From the NCBI GenBank assembly GCA_034408725.1, contig JAWXCN010000190.1:1-15622 (forward strand): a DNA stretch of 15,622 nt, given 5' to 3'. A program made the translations under genes and the position numbers. Of this stretch, positions 8,236 through 15,622 are shown one piece after another. Each line of letters starts with the position of its first letter. The stretch's first letter is position 1. The notes under the pieces are model-generated. The model made no database searches. It saw only the letters and a program-made list of their open reading frames with translations, and was not told the DNA's origin. This DNA is from Candidatus Hydrogenedentota bacterium (GTDB lineage Bacteria; Hydrogenedentota; Hydrogenedentia; Hydrogenedentales; SLHB01).

Positions 8236-8242
8236 TGGCCAT

Positions 8243-8488
8243 ATGAAGACGGTGATACATATTTCCGACGCATTATTAAACGAGGCGAAACGGCTGGCCG
8301 CGATGGAGAATACAACCTTGGAGGAATTGGTAGAAGAAGGGCTACGACGCGTGATTGTCGAACGTAACGAGCGGAAGCCTTTCAAGCTTCGCGAGGTAAC
8401 TTTTAAGGGTGAGGGAATTCGGCCCGAATTGGAGAACGCGGGCTCGGACAGAATCCGCGAAATGATTTACGAGGACCACGGCGGTTGA
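8243..8488 (+). CDS. vapB: VapB-type antitoxin (ribbon-helix-helix N-terminus)
   Basis: 81 aa, MKTVIHISDALLNEAKRLAA...TLEELVEEGLR; its stop overlaps the toxin start (TTGA). The track ORF start at 8072 overlaps padR and is over-extended. Confidence 0.88.
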   Translation: MKTVIHISDALLNEAKRLAAMENTTLEELVEEGLRRVIVERNERKPFKLREVTFKGEGIRPELENAGSDRIREMIYEDHGG

Positions 8489-8928
8489 TCGGCGTAGACA
8501 CGAATATTCTCGTGTATGCGCATCGCGAAGACTCGCCATACCATGATGCAGCGTTTGATACTGTGCAGGAGTTGGCGGAAGACGGCATGAATTGGACAAT
8601 ACCCTGGCCGTGCATCCATGAGTTTCTGGCGATTGTGACGCATCCACAAATATTCTCTCCGCCTACGCCCCTTGCCGGTGCAATTGAGCAAGTCGAAGCC
8701 TGGATGCAGTCTCCTTCGATTGTGCTTGCGTCGGAGACAAGCGGGTATTGGAAACATTTACGCGAAATGGTCTCCGCGGGGCGCGTTCAAGGGCCAAGAA
8801 CTCACGACGCGCGAATTGCTGCCATCTGTTTGCTTCATGGGGTTAAAGAATTCTGGTCGGCCGACCGGGACTTCACCCGGTTTCCAAAGTTGCGTACGCG
8901 CAATCCACTGGTCCATAATAAGGATTGA
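8485..8928 (+). CDS. vapC: VapC PIN-domain ribonuclease toxin
   Basis: 147 aa. Acidic PIN residues in VDTNIL, IHEF, HDARI and ADRDF. TTG start with GAGGA RBS at 8471-8475. Confidence 0.94.
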   Translation: MIGVDTNILVYAHREDSPYHDAAFDTVQELAEDGMNWTIPWPCIHEFLAIVTHPQIFSPPTPLAGAIEQVEAWMQSPSIVLASETSGYWKHLREMVSAGRVQGPRTHDARIAAICLLHGVKEFWSADRDFTRFPKLRTRNPLVHNKD

Positions 8929-9063
8929 AGGTTAATACAATCACACCTGCGCGAAGGGCGGCACTCCTGAAGAGGCATTTCAACCGGGGATTAAAATTTC
9001 GGATGCAGCCGCTCGATGTGCTGCAGACCAATTGGTTATAGTGCAGTGACAGGAGACACGGCC

Positions 9064-9285
9064 ATGAAAGCTGCTAATGGGAACTTTGCGCAACGCGGCG
9101 TAGCGATGTCCTACTGGAAAGTGATCAGTCTCGTGCTTTATGCCATTTCATTTGGGGCATGCGTTGTACTTCTAGCGATGGGACGCGCCAGCGGACCGTT
9201 GGTATTGCTCACGATCGGCACAGGCCTTGCTGTTGGCGCGAGGCTTCTCAGGATACTTCTCTTTCAGCGCGACGTGAGGCAGTAA
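9064..9285 (+). CDS. Small hypothetical membrane protein with two hydrophobic helices
   Basis: AGGAG at 9051-9055 precedes ATG 9064 (alternative ATG 9106); a TATAGT -10-like box is at 9037-9042. Hydrophobic segments VISLVLYAISFGACVVLLAM and LVLLTIGTGLAVGARLLRILLF. Confidence 0.55.
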   Translation: MKAANGNFAQRGVAMSYWKVISLVLYAISFGACVVLLAMGRASGPLVLLTIGTGLAVGARLLRILLFQRDVRQ

Positions 9286-9293
9286 ACCCAACC

Positions 9294-10553
9294 TCAGATC
9301 CGCGACCATGCCTTTTCAATGATGCTGAACGCTTCGTCCAAATCCTCTTGCGTGATGATCAATGGGGGACTGACGCGCAGAACTTTTCCGGCGAGGGGTC
9401 CAAGGAAATGGACGCCTTTGTTGGCGGCGCCGCGGTAGGCTTCGAGCACCGCGCGTTTCGCGGTTTCGTCGTCGATCATTTCGATGCCGTAAACGAGACC
9501 TTCTCCACGGACGTCGATGATGAAGGAGAAGCGCTGTTTGATCTCCTGCATTTTTGCCGTAATGACCTTCGCCATCGCGCGGCAGTTATCGACGATGTTT
9601 TCCTGCTCGAAGACATCCAGCGTCGCGCACACCGCGGCGCAGGCGCGCGGGTTGCCGCTGAAGGTGTCGGACGCTTCGCCGTAGGTGAGCGCATCGATGA
9701 GGTCTGCGCGGCCGACTACCGCGGCCGCCGGTTCACCATTGGCGAGACCTTTGCCAAGCACGACGAGGTCGGGTTCGATCTCATACCCCCGATACGCGAA
9801 CATGTTCCCGGTGCGCCCGTGGCAGGATTGTACTTCATCGAAGATCAGCGCGACATCGTTTTCCGTACACCACGCGCGCAGCGTCTTGTGATACCACTTC
9901 GGCGGATGCCAGGACCCTTTCGCGCCGAGATACGGTTCCGTGATGAGCAACGCAACACGATTCCCAAATTCCCTTCCAATCGCGTTCAGCTCGTCGAGAT
10001 AAAATTCCGGCGTTTTTTCTTCCTGCAAGGGGAACGAAATAAACCGCACATTCGGATTGGCCGACGCCTCGCCCGTAACGTCGTCCGCGAGGCCTTTCTT
10101 TCCGTGAAATCCGCCGCGCGTGGCGAGCATGATGGGGCGATCAGGTTGTTTGTGCAACGCGCACCACATGGCCTTCTGGATGCCTTCCGATCCGCTCGCG
10201 GCCCAGAGCATTTTTTGCGCATGGGGCATGTTCATACACCGCACGAGCCGTTCGGCGGCCTGCACCTCAATTTCGGTGACCACGTTGTACGATGTGCGCG
10301 GCAGTTCCGCGCAGTAATGTTTGTAGCGCGCTTCAAACAGCGGATGATGGTGTCCGAGGTTCGCCACCAGCACGCCGGACGTAAAGTCGATCAACTTCGC
10401 GCCGTCAACGGTCCACAACCGCACGCCGCTGGCGCGCGCGATTACGGCTTGCGTTGGGGTGAAGGTGCGTTGGCTTGCGCCGGTAATCGCGTCCAGCCGT
10501 TTGCGGACTGCGTTGGCCCGTGGTTCATTTTCATGTTCGATGCTGTGTTGCAC
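9294..10553 (-). CDS. Class III PLP-dependent aminotransferase (GabT/ArgD-like, substrate unknown)
   Basis: Motifs IDFTSGVLVANLGH, SGSEG, GGFHG, ITEPY, IFDEVQSCHGRTG, PDLVVLGKGLANG (PLP lysine), TFSGNP, VRGEGL. Likely GTG start at 10553 (419 aa), 13 nt after the Rrf2 stop. The track start at 10814 lies inside the Rrf2 gene. Confidence 0.9.
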   Translation of the reverse strand: MQHSIEHENEPRANAVRKRLDAITGASQRTFTPTQAVIARASGVRLWTVDGAKLIDFTSGVLVANLGHHHPLFEARYKHYCAELPRTSYNVVTEIEVQAAERLVRCMNMPHAQKMLWAASGSEGIQKAMWCALHKQPDRPIMLATRGGFHGKKGLADDVTGEASANPNVRFISFPLQEEKTPEFYLDELNAIGREFGNRVALLITEPYLGAKGSWHPPKWYHKTLRAWCTENDVALIFDEVQSCHGRTGNMFAYRGYEIEPDLVVLGKGLANGEPAAAVVGRADLIDALTYGEASDTFSGNPRACAAVCATLDVFEQENIVDNCRAMAKVITAKMQEIKQRFSFIIDVRGEGLVYGIEMIDDETAKRAVLEAYRGAANKGVHFLGPLAGKVLRVSPPLIITQEDLDEAFSIIEKAWSRI

Positions 10554-10566
10554 GTCTGTTCCATTT

Positions 10567-10977
10567 CTAAATGTAATACCTGCGCGAATGCGCCCCGCTC
10601 GCAAGTTCGCGAACGGTGACCAGGCGCAATATGTCTTCAATACCTTTGGCGACCAATTTCCACGCGGGCCGAAGATCGTTTCCGCTGGAATCGTCCACGG
10701 GCAAGGGATCGAGCACCGCCCCGTCAATCGCGCGGACAATGTCGAGCAATGAAATATCGTCGGGCGAACGGCCAAGGAGATACCCCCCCTGTGACCCCCG
10801 AATGCTGCGTACAATGCCCGCGCGCTTGAGTTGGAGCAGGATGTGTACGAGGTATTTCTCGGGTATACCGCGCTGTTCGGCGATATGCTGGGCCGTCACG
10901 GGTGACGTTTCGTGTTCGCGGGTCGCCAACTCGACCACGGCGCGGCATGCGTATTCACAACGGGACGAAATATTCAT
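10567..10977 (-). CDS. Rrf2 family transcriptional regulator, CymR-like
   Basis: 136 aa, MNISSRCEYACRAVVELA...IPEKYLVHILLQLKRAGIVRSIRGSQGGYLL. It has no C-terminal Fe-S cysteine triad and ends in YYI. GGGAG RBS precedes ATG 10977. Confidence 0.92.
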   Translation of the reverse strand: MNISSRCEYACRAVVELATREHETSPVTAQHIAEQRGIPEKYLVHILLQLKRAGIVRSIRGSQGGYLLGRSPDDISLLDIVRAIDGAVLDPLPVDDSSGNDLRPAWKLVAKGIEDILRLVTVRELASGAHSRRYYI

Positions 10978-11002
10978 GCGTGCTCCCAACCCAGAACCGA
11001 CG

Positions 11003-11031
11003 ATTATCGGCGGCGGTGGCGGGGATGTCAA
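11003..11031 (-). promoter_or_regulatory. sigma70-type promoter of the Rrf2-aminotransferase operon
   Basis: Minus strand TTGACA (11031-11026), 17-nt spacer, GATAAT (11008-11003), 25 nt upstream of the ATG. Confidence 0.75.
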
Positions 11032-11037
11032 TCGCCA

Positions 11038-11083
11038 GGGGACTGTCACCGGCGTCGCTTTTTGGACGCCGGTGGCTGTCCCC
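11038..11083. repeat. 19-bp imperfect inverted repeat (REP-like hairpin or operator)
   Basis: GGGGACTGTCACCGGCGTC (11038-11056) and GACGCCGGTGGCTGTCCCC (11065-11083) are complementary at 17 of 19 positions, with an 8-nt loop. Confidence 0.8.
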
Positions 11084-11312
11084 GATCCCGCAAGGAAACA
11101 ATAGAGCAAGGAAGGCAGGAAGCGAAGAAAAAGGGCTTCGCGGCGGCAGGGATAGCCTTCCCTTCTATAAGTCTCAAATATCTTCCGGTCCGTGTAGGTC
11201 TGTGATCGTCCGTGTTCGTCCTATTTCCTCTGTTTTTTCGAGTCTCAAAACGGTTTGCGTTTGTGCGTTCGAGGAATCAGAATTGCCCATTCACTATCGA
11301 GGAGGGTTTCCC

Positions 11313-13325
11313 ATGTTGACACGCGCGTGTTGGGTGGCGGTAGGTTTCGTGGCGGCGCTTGGGGTGGCCGATCCAGCGCCGGCCAAGGTCACGTTCGAGT
11401 CGTTGGTAACGGAAATGACCGATCTCGAAGCGCTGACCTATTTCCCGGACCCGGCATACACCGTGAAGCAGTTCTCAAGCTACGATCGCAATTCGAGAAA
11501 CCCGAGCGTGCTGACGGACGACAACTGGTTTGCAAACGGAGATCGCGGCCAGCATCTGCGCGTCGAAGAACGCAACGGCGCGCAGGAATGGGTCATGATG
11601 GACGCCACCGGTCCGGGTGCAATTGTGCGAATATGGTCTGCAAACCCGTTGGACGCGGGCGTGGTCCGCGTGTATCTCGACGGCGCGGAAACTCCGGTGA
11701 TCGAGATGGCGTTGTCAGACATACTGGGCGGCGCGGACACCTTCCCCTTCGTCAAACCGATCTCGCATGAAGCGGCGCGTGGTTGGAACACCTATCTGCC
11801 GATTCCCTACGCGAAGCATTGTAAGGTGACCGCAAGCAAGCCGGGTTTTTATTACCAGATCAATTACCGGACCTATGAATCGGGAACGAATGTCGAGACG
11901 TATTCAGCGAAGGGCGCCAAGAAGTCCGAGGAGTCTGTTCGCGAGGTTGCGCAGGTGTTGGCGACGCCCGCGGCGCATATCGATTCGTCTTCGGACTCGA
12001 AGTATGAAAAAGAGTTCAATCTCGCTACGGAATCCAGCGCGGCCATGTCGATCGAGTCCGAAGCATCCGCGATACACGCACTGCTGTGCAAAGTAGAATC
12101 GGAAAATCTTGAAGACGCGCTACGCCAAACCGTAATCGAGTTCACGTTTGATGATGCTGGATTGTCAAATGTAAGCGCGCCAATTGGAGATTTTTTCGGG
12201 ACGGCGCCAGGAATCAATCGCTACCAATCGCTAAATTCTGGTGTGCTTGAGGATGGTTCGCTGTACGCCGCATGGGTAATGCCGTTTCAGAAGAAGTGTG
12301 AGATTCGGCTTCGCAATCTTGGCGCCTCGCGCGTGAAGGCGGTGTTGTCCGCGCAGGCGCGATCGTATCGCTGGACCAACGATTCGATGTACTTCAACGC
12401 GGGCTTCCGCTCCGAATATCCCATCGCAACGCAGCCGCGGCAGGATTGGACGTTCCTCGAGACGACCGGCAAGGGCCGCTTTGTCGGCACGATGCTGCAT
12501 ATTACAAATCCGGTGAAAGCGTGGTGGGGTGAAGGCGACGAGAAGATTTACGTCGACGGAGAAACCTTCCCGAGTCATTTCGGCACGGGCACGGAAGACT
12601 ACTTCGGGTATGCGTGGTGCGATCCGACCCTGTTCACACACGCGTATCACAACCAGCCGCGCTGCGACGGCCCGGGCAACTATGGACAGACCTGCGTGAG
12701 CCGGTTCCATATCATCGACAACATTCCGTACACGAAATCGTTCAAGTTTGATATGGAAGTCTGGCATTGGGCGGAGTGCGAAGTTGCAATGGCGGAAACG
12801 GCGTACTGGTATGAGATGCCCGGCGGCACGAATAAATTCGCGGCGTTGACCGTCGAGGATTTAAAAGTCATCGAGCCCGCGCCGTTGCCGCCACCCCGGA
12901 AAGTGGAAGGCGCGTTGGAAGGCGAGTCGCTTCGCGTCATCGCGTTCGCGGGCAAAGTCGAGCCGCAGGTGTTCACCGACGATATATGGAGCGGGTCCAC
13001 CCAGTTGTGGTGGACGCAGGCGAAGGTGGGCGATGAGCTCAGGTTGGGTTTCCCAGTCGATGAGGCTGGCACGTATGAAGTGTTCGCGGTGTTCACGAAG
13101 GCCGGGGATTACGGTATTCATTTCATCACAATTAACGGACATGATACGGCGAGCGAAATCGACTTCTACAACAACGGGGTGATGGCTACAACGGAAATGA
13201 GCATCGGAGTCTTTTCTCTAAGGAAAGGCGAAAATACAATAACGGTGTCTGCCACGGGAGCAAATGAGAAAGCGGTGAAAAGTTACATGTTCGGATTGGA
13301 TTACCTGCGCTTGGTAAAGAAGTAA
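11313..13325 (+). CDS. Secreted GH172 (DUF2961) glycoside hydrolase with C-terminal CBM-like beta-sandwich
   Basis: GGAGG RBS precedes ATG 11313 (670 aa), followed by a signal-peptide-like N-terminus. Motifs FSSYDR, GPGAIVRIW, APIGDFFG, GRFVG, WWGEGDEKIYVDGE, FGTGTEDYFGYAW. A Pro-rich linker precedes LEGESL...FGLDYLRL. Confidence 0.88.
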   Translation: MLTRACWVAVGFVAALGVADPAPAKVTFESLVTEMTDLEALTYFPDPAYTVKQFSSYDRNSRNPSVLTDDNWFANGDRGQHLRVEERNGAQEWVMMDATGPGAIVRIWSANPLDAGVVRVYLDGAETPVIEMALSDILGGADTFPFVKPISHEAARGWNTYLPIPYAKHCKVTASKPGFYYQINYRTYESGTNVETYSAKGAKKSEESVREVAQVLATPAAHIDSSSDSKYEKEFNLATESSAAMSIESEASAIHALLCKVESENLEDALRQTVIEFTFDDAGLSNVSAPIGDFFGTAPGINRYQSLNSGVLEDGSLYAAWVMPFQKKCEIRLRNLGASRVKAVLSAQARSYRWTNDSMYFNAGFRSEYPIATQPRQDWTFLETTGKGRFVGTMLHITNPVKAWWGEGDEKIYVDGETFPSHFGTGTEDYFGYAWCDPTLFTHAYHNQPRCDGPGNYGQTCVSRFHIIDNIPYTKSFKFDMEVWHWAECEVAMAETAYWYEMPGGTNKFAALTVEDLKVIEPAPLPPPRKVEGALEGESLRVIAFAGKVEPQVFTDDIWSGSTQLWWTQAKVGDELRLGFPVDEAGTYEVFAVFTKAGDYGIHFITINGHDTASEIDFYNNGVMATTEMSIGVFSLRKGENTITVSATGANEKAVKSYMFGLDYLRLVKK

Positions 13326-13332
13326 GGGGGAA

Positions 13333-13401
13333 CCCTCGGCACGCCGCTGGCGCGATCGGGAGACCAGGAATTCGTAGCGCCGCCATCGCCGAGGGCGGCG
13401 C
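13333..13401. repeat. GTAG-headed REP-like hairpin between convergent genes
   Basis: GTAG at 13374 leads into an 8-bp stem GCGCCGCC (13377-13384) / GGCGGCGC (13394-13401). CCCTCGGC (13333-13340) is also complementary to GCCGAGGG (13388-13395). Confidence 0.45.
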
Positions 13402-13502
13402 AATGCCGGAGCAGTGGGACACGTTTACGGCAGGGATCCATTGCGTCGAGTGCTCCGTTGCGCGCCGCGTTTGGCTAACGAGGCGCGACGAACGCGAAGG
13501 TC

Positions 13503-13544
13503 GATTACGATTGCGAGGACGATTACGAGTTGGAGGTGGAGAAG
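13503..13544. repeat. Degenerate hexamer tandem repeat (GAnnnn)x7
   Basis: GATTAC GATTGC GAGGAC GATTAC GAGTTG GAGGTG GAGAAG, just past the trxB stop. Confidence 0.6.
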
Positions 13545-13562
13545 TCTAGGCGAGGGTTTGTG

Positions 13563-14507
13563 TTAACCGTTGCCCTCAAGCCATCGCGTGCAGTCGATTG
13601 CGGCCATGCAACCTGAACCTGCGGCAGTAACGGCTTGCCGATAAATTTTGTCCTGCACGTCGCCCGCGGCGAACACGCCTTCAATATTGGTGTACGTCGA
13701 ACCGGGTTTGGTGACAAGGTAACCAGTGTCGTCCATGTCGAGCACGCCTTCGAACAGATCGGTGTTCGGTTTGTGACCGATGGCGGAAAAATAACCCGCG
13801 GCTTCGAGGTCGCGCGTCGCGCCGGTGTGTACGTCTTTAATGCGCACGCCGGTGACGCCAAGCTTGTCGTCGCCGTAGACTTCGTCGATGACCGAATTCC
13901 ATTCGCACGAGATTTTCGCATGTTCCATGGCGCGGCCGGCCATGATTTGGCTTGCGCGGAACTTGTCGCGCCGATGTACGATGTGTACCTTGCTCGCGTA
14001 ATTGGTAAGAAAGATCGCTTCTTCCATCGCAGTGTCGCCACCGCCCACGACCACAATCGGTTTATTGCGGAACCGGGGCAGCGCGCCGTCGCAGGTTGCG
14101 CAGGCGGACACGCCGCGGTTCATGTATTTTTCTTCTGATGGTATACCCAGGTATTTCGCGGTTGCGCCAGTGGCGATGATGATGGACTTGGACTTCCATG
14201 TTTCGCTGCCAGACGTGACGGTGAACGGCCGCTTCGACAGATCGAGCGCGGTGACTGTTTTCGAGAGAATGCGCGTGCCGAACCGTGCGGCCTGTTTCTT
14301 GAACAGCTCCATCATCTCCGGGCCGGTGACGCCTTCTGGAAAGCCAGGATAGTTTTCGACTTCTGTGGTGGTCATGAGTTGGCCGCCTGGCAAAACGTCC
14401 TTGCTGAGTTCGCCTTCAAACATCAACGGAAGGAGGTTCGCGCGCGACGCATACAGCGCGGCAGTATAACCGGCTGGGCCAGAACCAATGATGATTACGT
14501 TCTCCAT
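13563..14507 (-). CDS. trxB: Thioredoxin-disulfide reductase
   Basis: Motifs [38 protein letters not shown] (CxxC), [41 protein letters not shown] 14507 follows an AGGAG RBS. Confidence 0.97.
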   Translation of the reverse strand: MENVIIIGSGPAGYTAALYASRANLLPLMFEGELSKDVLPGGQLMTTTEVENYPGFPEGVTGPEMMELFKKQAARFGTRILSKTVTALDLSKRPFTVTSGSETWKSKSIIIATGATAKYLGIPSEEKYMNRGVSACATCDGALPRFRNKPIVVVGGGDTAMEEAIFLTNYASKVHIVHRRDKFRASQIMAGRAMEHAKISCEWNSVIDEVYGDDKLGVTGVRIKDVHTGATRDLEAAGYFSAIGHKPNTDLFEGVLDMDDTGYLVTKPGSTYTNIEGVFAAGDVQDKIYRQAVTAAGSGCMAAIDCTRWLEGNG

Positions 14508-14574
14508 GAACACTCCTGAACATCGTGTTTACGGTCTTTGCGCCGACCGCGTCTTGCACCGAAAAATACGGTGG

Positions 14575-14618
14575 AGTATACGTGTGAAGGTGCCAAGCGG
14601 CAAGTTTTGAGGTATGAT
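14575..14618. promoter_or_regulatory. Overlapping divergent sigma70-type promoters for trxB and the DUF1573 gene
   Basis: Minus strand: TTGCCG (14603-14598), 17 nt, TATACT (14580-14575). Plus strand: GTGCCA (14590-14595), 17 nt, TATGAT (14613-14618). Confidence 0.55.
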
Positions 14619-14658
14619 TGCGGCGCGGGTGTCGCGCTATAAATGGAGAGATTCTATC

Positions 14659-15622
14659 GTGCAAATTTTTCGGGTCCTTACGGCTTTGTTCTTGTTTTTA
14701 TCGCTCTGGTCCAGTTGCTCACAGGAGGTAAAGCCCCGCATCGAGCGGGAATCTCTGGTATTCGATTTCGGAACCGCCCGCCAGGACGCGCGGATTAATC
14801 ATACGTTCACAATTGCGAACAACGGTCCTGAACCTGTCAAAGTGAAGCGCGTCCAAACGACCTGCGGTTGCACCGCGGCGACGCTCAAGGAAGGGACCGA
14901 GATCGCGCCCGGCGCTACAGTGGACGTGCCCGTGGAACTTAACCTTCAGGGAAAAACCGGCGGGGACATCGAGTCGAAGGTCATTGTTGTCTATGCCGGT
15001 GACGCCAAGCCGGTCGAGTTGGTAATGAAGGGAAAGCTGGCGTCCGAATATCGCGATTCGGTGAATCTCGAAAAATTCAAGCGGGGCGAACAGCCGGAAG
15101 AAATAATTTCGTTGGCAACGTTCGAAGGCCAGCCGCCGTTGGAAATAAAAGGCATCGAGTTCAAGGCCGGGATACTGGAGGTTACCAGCGCGCCGGGCGA
15201 GGATACGGGCACTTTTGATTTGCGCATCAAACCAAATGCGGCGGCGGAGTTTGGGCCGTTCGCGGAAAAAGTCGTCGTACACACGAACGACACGGAAGTG
15301 CCGGACAAAACTATTCTCGTGCGCGGGCATGTGCTGAAAAAACTCGAAGGCGCGCGCAACCGTCTTGTGATTTATCCGGAAGACGGCAAACCCGCGACGG
15401 GTATTGCGGAATTCACGTCGATGTATGGCGAACCGATTGAAAACGTCGCGGCAACGATTACAAAGCCTAAACGGTTTTCGGCAGTCGTCGAACCCGGGGC
15501 ATCCGCGGGAACGGTGCATGTGCGCGTGACGGCGGTCGAGACGGAAAACGCAAAGCGCGACCACGTCCGTGGAATGCTTTCGGTCACCGCAACCATCGGC
15601 GGCACGCAAGTAGAATCAAAGA
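14659..15622 (+). CDS. DUF1573-domain (Ig-like repeat) exported protein, possible lipoprotein; 3'-truncated by the window edge
   Basis: Translated by hand because it is absent from the ORF track. GTG 14659 follows GGAG. Sequence MQIFRVLTALFLFLSLWSSC, then FDFG...HTFTIANNG...VQTTCGCT...IAPG (DUF1573 signature); a later module has VVVHTND...ILVRGHV. No stop before the window end. Confidence 0.88.
   Translation, partial: MQIFRVLTALFLFLSLWSSCSQEVKPRIERESLVFDFGTARQDARINHTFTIANNGPEPVKVKRVQTTCGCTAATLKEGTEIAPGATVDVPVELNLQGKTGGDIESKVIVVYAGDAKPVELVMKGKLASEYRDSVNLEKFKRGEQPEEIISLATFEGQPPLEIKGIEFKAGILEVTSAPGEDTGTFDLRIKPNAAAEFGPFAEKVVVHTNDTEVPDKTILVRGHVLKKLEGARNRLVIYPEDGKPATGIAEFTSMYGEPIENVAATITKPKRFSAVVEPGASAGTVHVRVTAVETENAKRDHVRGMLSVTATIGGTQVESK

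Noticed and set aside
6990..9285. Prophage or IS element
   Set aside because: No integrase, transposase, terminal inverted repeats or target duplications seen.
9159..10619. 486-aa plus-strand ORF
   Set aside because: Antisense shadow of the clearly conserved aminotransferase.
10554..11312. N-terminal extensions of the aminotransferase (10814), Rrf2 (11109) and GH172 (10902) ORFs in the track
   Set aside because: They overlap neighbouring genes or promoters; downstream starts fit the RBS positions and family lengths better.
13503..13544. CRISPR-like array
   Set aside because: Only 6-nt degenerate units, with no repeat-spacer structure and no cas genes.
14643..14798. Alternative-frame short ORF MERFYRANF... 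overlapping the DUF1573 start
   Set aside because: It has no SD of its own, and the GTG frame at 14659 is continuous with the conserved domain without a frameshift.
14719..15609. 296-aa minus-strand ORF
   Set aside because: Shadow of the plus-strand DUF1573 gene, which has the RBS, signal peptide and family motif.

Overview
A GC-rich bacterial chromosomal segment of mostly unlinked genes. In order: the 3' end of a CpsD/CapB (Wzc/BY-kinase-like) gene with degenerate Walker motifs, then its terminator; kup (K+ transporter); an 805-aa P-loop NTPase fused to TPR-like repeats; a lone leuB; a PadR regulator coupled to a membrane protein; a divergent VapBC toxin-antitoxin pair; a small two-helix membrane protein; a CymR-like Rrf2 regulator with a class III aminotransferase; a secreted GH172 (DUF2961) glycoside hydrolase; trxB; and the 5' part of a DUF1573-type putative lipoprotein that the ORF track misses because it runs off the window. 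Several sigma70-type promoters and four different REP-like or palindromic intergenic elements are visible. I found no rRNA, tRNA, CRISPR array, integrase or transposase. The best candidate for something undescribed is the STAND-like NTPase-TPR fusion. Next are the apparent pseudokinase and the CymR-like Rrf2/aminotransferase operon. Family assignments come from recognising motifs by eye, not from database searches.
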